Shown here in pieces: positions 16,633 through 25,403 of a stretch of DNA of 36,487 nucleotides. The notes beneath the pieces were generated by a model, which saw only the letters and a program-made list of their open reading frames with translations, made no database searches and was not told where the DNA came from. Numbering within the stretch: the first letter of the stretch is position 1; every line of letters starts with the position of its first letter. The translations under genes and the position numbers were made by a program. Source of the DNA: Ruminococcaceae bacterium UBA1691 (GTDB lineage: Bacteria; Bacillota; Clostridia; Oscillospirales; Acutalibacteraceae); contig DCJV01000105.1 of NCBI GenBank assembly GCA_002320555.1, positions 4,968 to 41,454 on the forward strand. Direction: 5' to 3'.

Positions 16633-18543
16633 ATGCATTCATTTTTACCTATTACAAAAGAGGAAATGGAACAGCGCGGATGGGACACGCCGGATTTTGT
16701 CTATGTTTCGGGGGATGCCTATGTCGACCATCCGAGCTTCGGCGCGGCGATTATTACCCGCGTGCTGGAAGCGGCAGGCTTCCGGGTCGCAATGCTCTCC
16801 CAGCCGGATTGGCACAGCACGAGAGACTTTATGCGGTTTGGAAGGCCACGGCTCGGCTTTCTGGTTTCGTCCGGCAATATCGACTCCATGGTCGCCCATT
16901 ATACAGCGGCAAAGAAAAAGCGCAGTGAGGATGCTTATACGCCGGGCGGCAAGGCGGGGAAACGGCCGGATCGCGCCGTAATCGTATACTGCAGGCAAAT
17001 CCGCGAGGCCTATGGGCCAGATATGCCGCTGATCATTGGCGGGCTGGAAGCGTCCCTCAGGCGCTTTGCGCACTATGACTATTGGGATGATGCGGTTCGT
17101 CCGTCCATTCTGTTCGATTCCGGCGCGGATTTGTTGATCTATGGGATGGGAGAAAATCAAATTGTAGAGATCGCGCGGCGGCTCGATGCCGGGGAACCGG
17201 TTTCTTCACTTACCGATATCCGCGGTACGTGCTATGCCGTTGATGTGCGCGAAACGCCGCTTTACGGCAAGGAGTGCCCCTCCTATGAGAATGTGCTCAA
17301 ATCCAAGCGGGAATATGCAGTTTCCTGCCGCATCCAGCAGGACGAGCAGGATCATATCCGGGGAAAGCTTCTCAAGCAGCGGCATGGAAACCGGATGCTC
17401 GTGCAGAATCCGCCGATGGCGCCGCTTTCCCAGCAGGAGCTGGATCGTGTCTATGCGCTACCCTATATGCGTACTTATCACCCCTCCTATGAGCCGCTCG
17501 GCGGCGTGCCTGGGCTTGCGGAGGTGGAATTCTCCATTACGCACAACCGCGGCTGCTTCGGCGCGTGCAATTTCTGTTCGCTCGCCTTTCATCAGGGGAG
17601 ATACGTTACCACGCGGAGCAAGCAATCCATCCTTGCAGAGGCGCAGAAGCTCACAAAGCTGCCCCACTTCAAAGGCTATATCCACGATATCGGCGGCCCA
17701 ACGGCGAATTTTCGCCGCCCCTCCTGCGATCTGCAGGAAAAAAATGGCCTGTGCAAGGGCAAAAAATGCCTCGCGCCCAAGCCGTGCCCACAGTTAAAAG
17801 CCGACCAGAGCGAATATCTCGATATCCTGCGCACGGTGCGTTCTCTCGACGGCATCAAAAAGGTATTTATCCGCTCCGGTATCCGGTATGACTATTTGCT
17901 TGAGGATAAGGACGACCGCTTCTTCCGGGAGCTGGTGGAGCACCATGTCAGCGGCCAGCTCAAGGTGGCGCCCGAGCATTGCTCCGCCGCTGTGCTGGAT
18001 AAGATGGGCAAGCCGCATATCGAAGCGTATCTTCGCTTTGCGAAACGATATTTTGAATATACGAAACAGATCGGCAAGGAGCAGTATCTTGTGCCGTATC
18101 TAATGTCCTCCCATCCGGGCAGTACGCTGCAGGATGCGGTGGAGCTGGCGCTCTTTTTAAAGCGGGAGAGGCTTCGCCCCGAGCAGGTGCAGGATTTCTA
18201 TCCCACGCCCGGGACGATTTCAACCTGTATGTTTTACACGGGGCTGGACCCTTATACGATGGAGGAGGTCTACGTTGCACGTACGCCGAAGGAAAAAGCG
18301 CTTCAGCGCGCGCTGCTTCAATATTTTAATCCGAAGAATCGTACGCTCGTAGAGGAAGCGCTGCGCCGCGCGGGGAGAGCTGATCTGATCGGCAATGGAG
18401 AGAAGTGCCTCATCCGCCCACAGGCAGGCACAGGGAAGCCCATCCATCGGAATAGGAACACTCAAAATCACCAAAAGGGGAGAAAGACGAATGGCCAAAC
18501 GAAAATCAAGCCGGGCGGCCCGAAAAAAGCGCGCCGCCCTTGA
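16633..18543 (+). CDS. ygiQ: YgiQ-family radical SAM protein (UPF0313)
   Basis: The N-terminus is FLPITKEEMEQRGWD...DFVYVSGDAYVDHPSFG. The cluster motif is RGCFGACNFCS. It has a basic C-terminal tail. Confidence 0.9.
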   Translation: MHSFLPITKEEMEQRGWDTPDFVYVSGDAYVDHPSFGAAIITRVLEAAGFRVAMLSQPDWHSTRDFMRFGRPRLGFLVSSGNIDSMVAHYTAAKKKRSEDAYTPGGKAGKRPDRAVIVYCRQIREAYGPDMPLIIGGLEASLRRFAHYDYWDDAVRPSILFDSGADLLIYGMGENQIVEIARRLDAGEPVSSLTDIRGTCYAVDVRETPLYGKECPSYENVLKSKREYAVSCRIQQDEQDHIRGKLLKQRHGNRMLVQNPPMAPLSQQELDRVYALPYMRTYHPSYEPLGGVPGLAEVEFSITHNRGCFGACNFCSLAFHQGRYVTTRSKQSILAEAQKLTKLPHFKGYIHDIGGPTANFRRPSCDLQEKNGLCKGKKCLAPKPCPQLKADQSEYLDILRTVRSLDGIKKVFIRSGIRYDYLLEDKDDRFFRELVEHHVSGQLKVAPEHCSAAVLDKMGKPHIEAYLRFAKRYFEYTKQIGKEQYLVPYLMSSHPGSTLQDAVELALFLKRERLRPEQVQDFYPTPGTISTCMFYTGLDPYTMEEVYVARTPKEKALQRALLQYFNPKNRTLVEEALRRAGRADLIGNGEKCLIRPQAGTGKPIHRNRNTQNHQKGRKTNGQTKIKPGGPKKARRP

Positions 18544-19480
18544 GGTGATTGGCGTGATTCTGGTGCTGGTTTGCGCGTTTATCACGGTTGCGCCGCAGCT
18601 CAACCTACCTTTTTCCGTGCCGACCTGGCAGGAAATCTTTAGCAGCGCGCAGCTCACGGAGGTTTCGGAGGCGGCGAAGCAGCCGCTTTCCGTCCATTAT
18701 ATCGACGTTGGACAGGGAGATTCCATTCTGATCAAGTCCGAGGGGCTCAATGTACTCATCGATGCGGGCGAGAGGGGGAACGGGGAGACAATTCTCTCCT
18801 ATCTCGAAGCGCAGAATGTCAAAAGCCTCGACTATGTGATTGCAACGCATCCGCATTCCGATCATATTGGCAGCATGGCGGACGTTTTGAAGAAGATTCC
18901 GGTTGCCAACGTCATTATGCCGAAGCTGACGCAGAAGAATACGCCCACGACAAAGACCTATGAAAATTTCCTGCAGGCTGTCAAGGATTCCGGCGCAAAG
19001 GTAATTGCGGCCACACCGGGCGAAACCTACAGTGGGAAGCGCGCGGCGCTGACCATTCTCGGTCCCTGCCAGCAGGATGACGATCTCAACAACATGTCCG
19101 TCGTTGCACGGCTCGATTTCGGCTCCACCTCGTTTCTCTTCACTGGAGACGCGGAGACGCCAAGCGAAAACGCCATTCTCAAGAAAGGAATGGACGTGCA
19201 TGCCGACGTCTTGAAAATGGGGCATCATGGAAGCCGAACCTCCTCCGGCAATGCGTTTCTCGATAAGGTCCAGCCGGCTTTCTGCGTGATCTCCTGCGGC
19301 ACGGGCAACGATTACGGCCACCCGCATAAAGAAACGCTGGAAAAACTGAAAAAGCGGGGCATTACGCCCTTCCGGACGGACCAGGACGGCACGATTGTGA
19401 TCGGCAGCGACGGCACCACACTTTACTGCGGGACAGAAAAGACGAAGCAGGAGCTGACCGCAAAGCGGATGGCCGCGTAA
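18491..19480 (+). CDS. ComEC-C-terminal-like MBL-fold metallo-hydrolase, membrane anchored
   Basis: It starts MAKRKSS followed by a TM. Motifs YIDVGQGDSILI, THPHSDHIG and GHHGS are present. It overlaps the ygiQ 3' end by 53 nt. Confidence 0.85.
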   Translation: MAKRKSSRAARKKRAALEVIGVILVLVCAFITVAPQLNLPFSVPTWQEIFSSAQLTEVSEAAKQPLSVHYIDVGQGDSILIKSEGLNVLIDAGERGNGETILSYLEAQNVKSLDYVIATHPHSDHIGSMADVLKKIPVANVIMPKLTQKNTPTTKTYENFLQAVKDSGAKVIAATPGETYSGKRAALTILGPCQQDDDLNNMSVVARLDFGSTSFLFTGDAETPSENAILKKGMDVHADVLKMGHHGSRTSSGNAFLDKVQPAFCVISCGTGNDYGHPHKETLEKLKKRGITPFRTDQDGTIVIGSDGTTLYCGTEKTKQELTAKRMAA

Positions 19481-19508
19481 ATGAACGTTTAAAAGGAGGT
19501 GCATATCG

Positions 19509-19739
19509 GTGGAAACACTCATCATCGACCGCTTTGAAGGCGACCTTGCCGTTTGCGAACGCGAAGACTGCTCGATGGTGGCGATTGAAAAAAGCCGCTT
19601 GCCCAAAGGGGTGCGGCCCGGCAATATTCTTAAAATAGAGAATGACGGCACGATCCGCCTGGATGCGGAGGAAGAGCTCCGTCGCCGGGAGATGATTTAT
19701 AAGATGCAGGAGAGTCTGTTTGAAAATTCGGACGAATAA
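19509..19739 (+). CDS. DUF3006-like small protein
   Basis: IIDRFEGDLAVCE...LPKGVRPGNIL is the layout typical of DUF3006, which commonly follows this MBL gene. GTG start with AAAGGAGGTG SD. Confidence 0.7.
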   Translation: METLIIDRFEGDLAVCEREDCSMVAIEKSRLPKGVRPGNILKIENDGTIRLDAEEELRRREMIYKMQESLFENSDE

Positions 19740-19792
19740 AGCATAGCGATTAAAATTTGTGAAAATTTTGTCTGTTTCCCTCGAAGATGTCC

Positions 19793-19821
19793 TTGACTTT
19801 TTCCCGCTTGCATAGTATGAT
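19793..19821 (+). promoter_or_regulatory. Candidate promoter for symporter (TTGACT-17-TATGAT)
   Basis: The hexamers are at 19793-19798 and 19816-19821 with 17-nt spacing. Confidence 0.55.
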
Positions 19822-19847
19822 GTATCAAGTGCTTTAGTGGATAAAAG

Positions 19848-19870
19848 CTTTAAAGCACAAAACTTTAAAG
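19848..19870. promoter_or_regulatory. Two copies of the 8-bp palindrome CTTTAAAG, 15 nt apart, in the symporter leader
   Basis: The copies are at 19848-19855 and 19863-19870. A related GTGCTTTA element lies at 19829-19836. Confidence 0.3.
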
Positions 19871-19905
19871 TGCCATACTTGCAGCGGGAATTTGTTTTGA
19901 GGGAG

Positions 19906-21423
19906 ATGATCCGGGTGAAAAATATTGCAGTATGGGTGACGATTGCAGTTTATATCATCGCAATGATGGCGATCGGCATCTATTCAGGGCGCAAATCAAA
20001 AAGCATTGCCGATTTCACGGTCGGCGGGCGCAATGCGGGCGCATGGCTTTCCGCTTTGTCTTATGGCACCGCGTATTTTAGCGCTGTTATGTTTGTCGGT
20101 TATGCGGGAGGCACGGGGCTCCAGTATGGCCTGTGGGGGATTGCGGCGGGGGTTGGCAATGCAGTATTTGGATCCTGGCTTGCGTGGAAAATGCTCGCAC
20201 GCAGGACGCGCGACGTTTCCGCCCGCTTGAAAATCAAAACAATGCCGCAGTTTTTCGATTGCCGCTATCAGAGTAAGGCGATGAAAACCTTTGCTGCGGT
20301 CGTGATTTTTATCTTTCTCGTTCCATATTCCGCCTCTGTTTATAAAGGGCTTGCCAGCGTTGCGGACGTTTTGCTCAACATTGATGTGACAGTCTGTATG
20401 GTGATTATCGCTGTGGTGGCAATTCTGCTTTTGCTGCTTGGCGGTTATGTCACGCAGGCGCGGGCGGATTTTGTGCAGGGGATTGTGATGATGTTCGGCG
20501 TGGCGCTATTGATCTTCTTTGTGCTGCGTTCCGACCAGGTGCACGGCTTGGAAGGGCTTGCGGCTTACGCCCAATCTGCCTCAGGCCTTCCGAAGCTGTC
20601 CGCCTCGCAGGCAATTTCCCTGATTGCGACGGTATTGATGACGAGCTTCGGCACCTGGGGCTTGCCGCAGATGATCCAGAAATATTTTGGCATCAAGGAT
20701 GACAAGCAGGCAAAACGCGGCATCATCATCTCCACCTTCTTCGCGCTGCTCGTCGCAGGCGGCGGTTATTTTATCGGATCGCTCTGCCATCTTTTCTTCA
20801 CAAAGGAAACGATGCCTGTCCAAGACTATATCGTGCCGACGATGCTCAAGCTTGTTCGCATGCCAAGCGTCTTGCTTGGCGTGGTGCTGGTGCTACTGAT
20901 CGCCGCCTCTGTTTCTACGCTGTGCTCCATTACACTCTCTGCCAGTTCGACGCTGTCGATGGATCTGATCAAGGCGCGCCTGAAGCCTACCATGACGGAC
21001 AAAGGCGTTTCCGCACTGACAAAAGTACTCTGCGTCGTATTTGTCATCGGCTCCTATGTGGTTGCCAATACGGATACGCCGATCCTCGATATGATGAGCT
21101 ATTCCTGGGGGATCATTTCCGGCTCCTTCCTCGCGCCCTATGTGGTGGCGCTGTATTGGAAGAAGATGAACCGGGCGGGGGCCTGGGCCGGGATGTGGAG
21201 CGGCTTCGTCATCGCGCTGATTCCCGCAGTCAGCAAGCTGTTATCGCTAGCCGGAGTAACGGCTCCTGTCGTTACAAAGCTTGCCGGACTTGGTCCGGTA
21301 TTTGCGGTGATCGCGATGCTCGTGTCGCTCCTACTTTGCTTTGTTGTCAGCGCAATCGATCATCGCATCAAGCATCCTGCGGTCAATACCTTTTTCTACA
21401 GCGGGATTGTTGAGCAGGAATAA
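19906..21423 (+). CDS. Sodium:solute symporter (SSF) family transporter
   Basis: It has about 13 hydrophobic segments. The N-terminus is GIYSGRKSKSIADFTVGGRNAGAWLSALSYGTAYFSA. GTG 19915 is an alternative start. Confidence 0.88.
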   Translation: MIRVKNIAVWVTIAVYIIAMMAIGIYSGRKSKSIADFTVGGRNAGAWLSALSYGTAYFSAVMFVGYAGGTGLQYGLWGIAAGVGNAVFGSWLAWKMLARRTRDVSARLKIKTMPQFFDCRYQSKAMKTFAAVVIFIFLVPYSASVYKGLASVADVLLNIDVTVCMVIIAVVAILLLLLGGYVTQARADFVQGIVMMFGVALLIFFVLRSDQVHGLEGLAAYAQSASGLPKLSASQAISLIATVLMTSFGTWGLPQMIQKYFGIKDDKQAKRGIIISTFFALLVAGGGYFIGSLCHLFFTKETMPVQDYIVPTMLKLVRMPSVLLGVVLVLLIAASVSTLCSITLSASSTLSMDLIKARLKPTMTDKGVSALTKVLCVVFVIGSYVVANTDTPILDMMSYSWGIISGSFLAPYVVALYWKKMNRAGAWAGMWSGFVIALIPAVSKLLSLAGVTAPVVTKLAGLGPVFAVIAMLVSLLLCFVVSAIDHRIKHPAVNTFFYSGIVEQE

Positions 21424-21724
21424 TGTGAATGATCCAGTCATAAAATTACAGTCACAGATTTTTCTGGATATGCTATAATAATGCCCACTGAATAAACCGT
21501 TATGGTTTATTCGCAATTAGAAAGTTAATTGCGGAGTGTAAGGGCTTTGCCGCTTTTGCGGGGAAACCCCTGCACTTGACCATAGCCAAATCGCATTGAA
21601 AGACAAGGCTTTCAATGCTTCCGCGTTTGTTCAGTACACATTATAATAATAAATATTAATTTGCGGCTTTCTGACATTCTGCGGTTTTATCCGCTAAAAT
21701 CAATTCATCAGAGGAGCTTCTATC

Positions 21725-23026
21725 ATGTATTTTCAGCCTGAAATCGAAACGATGCCCCGCAAAGATCTTGAAGCGCTTCAGCTCGAACGCCTGAAATGGA
21801 CGGTGGATTACTGCTACCGCAACGTGCCTTTTTATACCAAAAAGCTCGATGCGGCAGGCGTGACGGCGAATAAAATCAAATCCCTTTCAGATATCCAATA
21901 CATACCGCCTACCACTAAGGCCGACCTGCGCGACAATTACCCCTTCGGCCTGTTTGCACAGCCGATGAAAAAGATTGTGCGCATCCATGCCTCCTCCGGC
22001 ACGACGGGTAAGCCCACCGTGGTCGGTTATACCCGAAACGACCTCGAAATGTGGTCGGACTGCATGGCGCGCCTGGTCATGGCTGCCGGAGCGACGGATG
22101 AGGACATTGTGCAGATTTCCTTTGGCTATGGGATGTTTACTGGCGCCCTTGGCCTGCACTATGGGCTCGAGAAGATCGGCGCCACCGTCGTTCCCAATTC
22201 CAGCGGCAATACGGAAAAAGCGCTGATGTATATGCGTGATTTCCACACCACCGCGCTGGTTTCCACCCCGTCCTATGCTTTATATATGGCAGAGACGGCG
22301 AAGGAACTGAGCTATCCCATGAGCGATTATCATCTGCGTCTGGGCCTCTTCGGCTCCGAAGGATGCACGCCGGAGATGCGCGCTGAGGTGGAAAAGGGCT
22401 GGGGCCTGTTTGCTACTGATAACTACGGTATGAGCGAACTTGTCGGCCCTGGTGTTTCCGGCGAGTGCCGCGAGCGCGATGGCCTGCATTTCAATGAGGA
22501 CTACTTCTATCCGGAAATTGTCAATTCCGAAACGCTCGAGCCTCTTGCAGCCGGGGAGACAGGCGAGCTGCTTGTCACGACGCTCTGTAAGGAGGGGCTG
22601 CCGCTCCTGCGCTACCGCACGAAGGACATCACGCGATTGAACTACGAGCCCTGCCGATGTGGACGAACAGGCGTGCGCATGGATAAGGTCAAGGGCCGCA
22701 CGGATGATATGCTCAAAATCCGCGGCGTGAACGTATTCCCTTCTCAGATCGAGAGCGTGCTTGTGGGCATGGAGAAGATCGGCCCACACTACCAGCTCGT
22801 TGTCCGCCGGGAGGGCTATGCGGACACGCTGGAGGTCAAGGTGGAGCTGGTCGACGGCAGCATTTTGGAGAGCTATAAAGAAATCGAAGAGCTGCAGAAC
22901 CATATTCGCCACCGTTTGCAAACTGTGCTTGGCATCCAGTGTAAGGTGAGCATCGTCGAGCCGAAAACGCTGGAACGCTTCCAGGGGAAGGCAAACCGGA
23001 TTCTGGATTTGCGTAATCAAAAGTAA
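21725..23026 (+). CDS. paaK: Phenylacetate--CoA ligase family (aryl-acetate CoA ligase)
   Basis: Motifs RIHASSGTTGKPTVVGYT, YGMSE and IRGVNVFPSQIE are present. Confidence 0.92.
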   Translation: MYFQPEIETMPRKDLEALQLERLKWTVDYCYRNVPFYTKKLDAAGVTANKIKSLSDIQYIPPTTKADLRDNYPFGLFAQPMKKIVRIHASSGTTGKPTVVGYTRNDLEMWSDCMARLVMAAGATDEDIVQISFGYGMFTGALGLHYGLEKIGATVVPNSSGNTEKALMYMRDFHTTALVSTPSYALYMAETAKELSYPMSDYHLRLGLFGSEGCTPEMRAEVEKGWGLFATDNYGMSELVGPGVSGECRERDGLHFNEDYFYPEIVNSETLEPLAAGETGELLVTTLCKEGLPLLRYRTKDITRLNYEPCRCGRTGVRMDKVKGRTDDMLKIRGVNVFPSQIESVLVGMEKIGPHYQLVVRREGYADTLEVKVELVDGSILESYKEIEELQNHIRHRLQTVLGIQCKVSIVEPKTLERFQGKANRILDLRNQK

Positions 23027-23065
23027 TGGATTGAATCATCATTTTACATAAAGTGGAGGATCACT

Positions 23066-24799
23066 ATGAAAAAGCTGTTATTGGGCAATGAGGCTGTCGC
23101 GCGCGGCCTGTATGAGGCGGGATGCCGGATTGCTTCGAGCTATCCGGGCACGCCAAGCACGGAAATCACCGAATATGCCGCGAAATACGAGGATATCTAC
23201 TGCGAATGGGCGCCGAATGAAAAGGTGGCGATGGAGGTCGCCTGCGGCGCTTCGATTGCGGGCGCGCGTTCCTTCTGCGCGATGAAACACGTGGGTTTGA
23301 ATGTGGCATGCGACCCGCTGTTTACAGCATCCTATACGGGCGTCAACGCCGGCATGGTCATTGCCGTTGCCGACGATCCGGGCATGCATTCCTCCCAGAA
23401 TGAACAGGATTCCCGCCATCATGCGCAGGCCTCCAAGACGATGATGCTCGAGCCTTCTGATTCGGCAGAATGCCTTGCCTATACAAAGCTCGCCTATGAT
23501 CTTTCTGAAAAATTTGATACACCTGTCATCCTGCGGCTCTCCACACGCGTTTCCCATTCGCGTAGCCTTTCAGAGATTGCCGAGCGCGTGGATAACGGCT
23601 TGAAAGAATATGTCAAGGATCCGCAAAAATATGTCATGATGCCCGCTATGGCTAAGGGCCGCCATGTGGTCGTGGAAGAGCGCTTCAAGGCGGAGACGGC
23701 CTGGGTGGAAACCGCACCGATCAATACGGTGGAGTATCATGATACCTCCATCGGCGTCATAGCCGCCGGTATTTCCTATCAATATGCAAAAGAAGCGCTG
23801 GGCGAACGCGTATCCTACCTGAAGCTCGGCTGCGTCTATCCGCTGCCCGTGGAGCTGATTAAGGACTTTGCGTCGCAATGCGATCAGGTGTATGTCATTG
23901 AGCAGCTTGACGACTTTATCGAAACGCACTGCCGTAAAATTGGAGTGGATGTCATTGGCAAGGAAGCCTTTACCCTCTGTGGCGAATATTCACAGGCGAT
24001 GATTGCAAAGGCCATTTTTGGCGAGGAGAAGAAATCGCTTCAGGCCGACGTTGCCATTCCGGGCCGGCCTCCCGTGCTGTGCGCGGGCTGCCCGCACCGC
24101 GGCCTGTTCTATGCGCTGAAAAAGCTGAAGGTCACCGTCAGCGGCGATATCGGCTGCTACACGCTCGGTGCGCTGGCCCCGCTGGGTATGATGGATACCT
24201 GCATCTGCATGGGTGCTTCCGTTTCCGCCCTGCATGGGCACAACAAGGCGCGCGAGGGCTCCAATCATCATTCCGTGGCGGTGATCGGAGATTCTACCTT
24301 CATCCATTCCGGCGTGACGGGCCTGATCGATATCGCCTACAACCAGGGTAACTCCACGGTTATCATTCTCGACAACAGCATCACCGGCATGACCGGCCAC
24401 CAGCAGAACCCGACCACGGGCTACACGATCAAGGGCGATCCGACGGCCGCCGTCAGCCTGGAGGCACTGTGCAAGGCGGTTGGTATCAACCGGGTGGCAG
24501 TGGTTGATCCTTACGACCTGAAGCAGACGGAGGAAGTCATCCGGCAGGAGCTGGAGGCCGACGAGCCCTCCGTGGTCATTTCCCGCCGCCCCTGCGCGCT
24601 GCTCAAATATGTCAAGCACAATCCGCCACTTTATGTTGACCGCAACAAATGCACCTGTTGCAAAATGTGCATGCGCATTGGCTGCCCGGCCATCAGCATC
24701 AAAGAGGGGAAGGCGAATATTGACTTTACGCAGTGCGTCGGTTGTGACGTGTGCACGCAGCTTTGCAAATTCGGCGCAATCCAGCACAAGGAGGGCTAA
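23066..24799 (+). CDS. iorA: Indolepyruvate:ferredoxin oxidoreductase alpha subunit
   Basis: The N-terminus is LLGNEAVARGLYEAGCRIASSYPGTPSTEI. The TPP region is GDIGCYTLG...GDSTFIHSG. The C-terminus has two 4Fe-4S ferredoxin Cys motifs. Confidence 0.93.
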   Translation: MKKLLLGNEAVARGLYEAGCRIASSYPGTPSTEITEYAAKYEDIYCEWAPNEKVAMEVACGASIAGARSFCAMKHVGLNVACDPLFTASYTGVNAGMVIAVADDPGMHSSQNEQDSRHHAQASKTMMLEPSDSAECLAYTKLAYDLSEKFDTPVILRLSTRVSHSRSLSEIAERVDNGLKEYVKDPQKYVMMPAMAKGRHVVVEERFKAETAWVETAPINTVEYHDTSIGVIAAGISYQYAKEALGERVSYLKLGCVYPLPVELIKDFASQCDQVYVIEQLDDFIETHCRKIGVDVIGKEAFTLCGEYSQAMIAKAIFGEEKKSLQADVAIPGRPPVLCAGCPHRGLFYALKKLKVTVSGDIGCYTLGALAPLGMMDTCICMGASVSALHGHNKAREGSNHHSVAVIGDSTFIHSGVTGLIDIAYNQGNSTVIILDNSITGMTGHQQNPTTGYTIKGDPTAAVSLEALCKAVGINRVAVVDPYDLKQTEEVIRQELEADEPSVVISRRPCALLKYVKHNPPLYVDRNKCTCCKMCMRIGCPAISIKEGKANIDFTQCVGCDVCTQLCKFGAIQHKEG

Positions 24800-24802
24800 T
24801 CA

Positions 24803-25381
24803 ATGGCAGTGAAAAGTATCATGATTGTTGGCGTCGGCGGGCAGGGGACGCTGCTTGCCAGCCGCCTGCTCGGCAGCGCGCTGCTGAGCAAAGGATATGA
24901 CGTGAAAGTATCTGAAGTGCATGGCATGAGCCAGCGCGGCGGTTCCGTCGTCACCTATGTGAAATATGGGGATCAAGTGTATTCACCCACAGTCGAAAAG
25001 GGTGAGGCGGATTACATCCTCGCTTTTGAGCAGTTGGAAGCGGCCCGCTGGCTGCCCTATCTCAAGCCGGAGGGGAAGCTGATCGTCAACATCCAGCAGA
25101 TCGACCCGATGCCGGTCGTCATCGGCGCGGCGGAGTATCCGCAGGGTGTGCTGGAAGCGCTTAAGGCCAGCGGAGCGGATATCACGGCGCTCGACGCGCT
25201 TGCCATCGCCATGGATGCGGGCTCCCCAAAAGCGGTCAACGTAGTGCTCATGGGCGTTTTGGCGCAGCATATGGATCTCAGCCGGGATGTGTGGGAGCGG
25301 GCGCTGGAAGAGACTGTCCCACCAAAATTTTTGGAAATGAACAAGCTGGCGTTTTCCATGGGCTATGATTACGGCGCATAA
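24803..25381 (+). CDS. iorB: Indolepyruvate:ferredoxin oxidoreductase beta subunit
   Basis: IMIVGVGGQGTLLASRLLG and SEVHGMSQRGGSV are present. It starts 3 nt after iorA. Confidence 0.92.
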   Translation: MAVKSIMIVGVGGQGTLLASRLLGSALLSKGYDVKVSEVHGMSQRGGSVVTYVKYGDQVYSPTVEKGEADYILAFEQLEAARWLPYLKPEGKLIVNIQQIDPMPVVIGAAEYPQGVLEALKASGADITALDALAIAMDAGSPKAVNVVLMGVLAQHMDLSRDVWERALEETVPPKFLEMNKLAFSMGYDYGA

Positions 25382-25403
25382 AGCGGAAAGGAATGAATCA
25401 AAG

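Noticed and set aside
18605-19651. A 348-aa minus-strand ORF.
   Set aside because: It is antisense to the MBL hydrolase and DUF3006 genes. It has no SD and no motifs, so it is a shadow ORF.
22280-24787. Large minus-strand ORFs at 22280-23020 and 23990-24787, plus several shorter ones.
   Set aside because: They are antisense to paaK and iorA, which have unambiguous motifs. I treat them as shadow ORFs.
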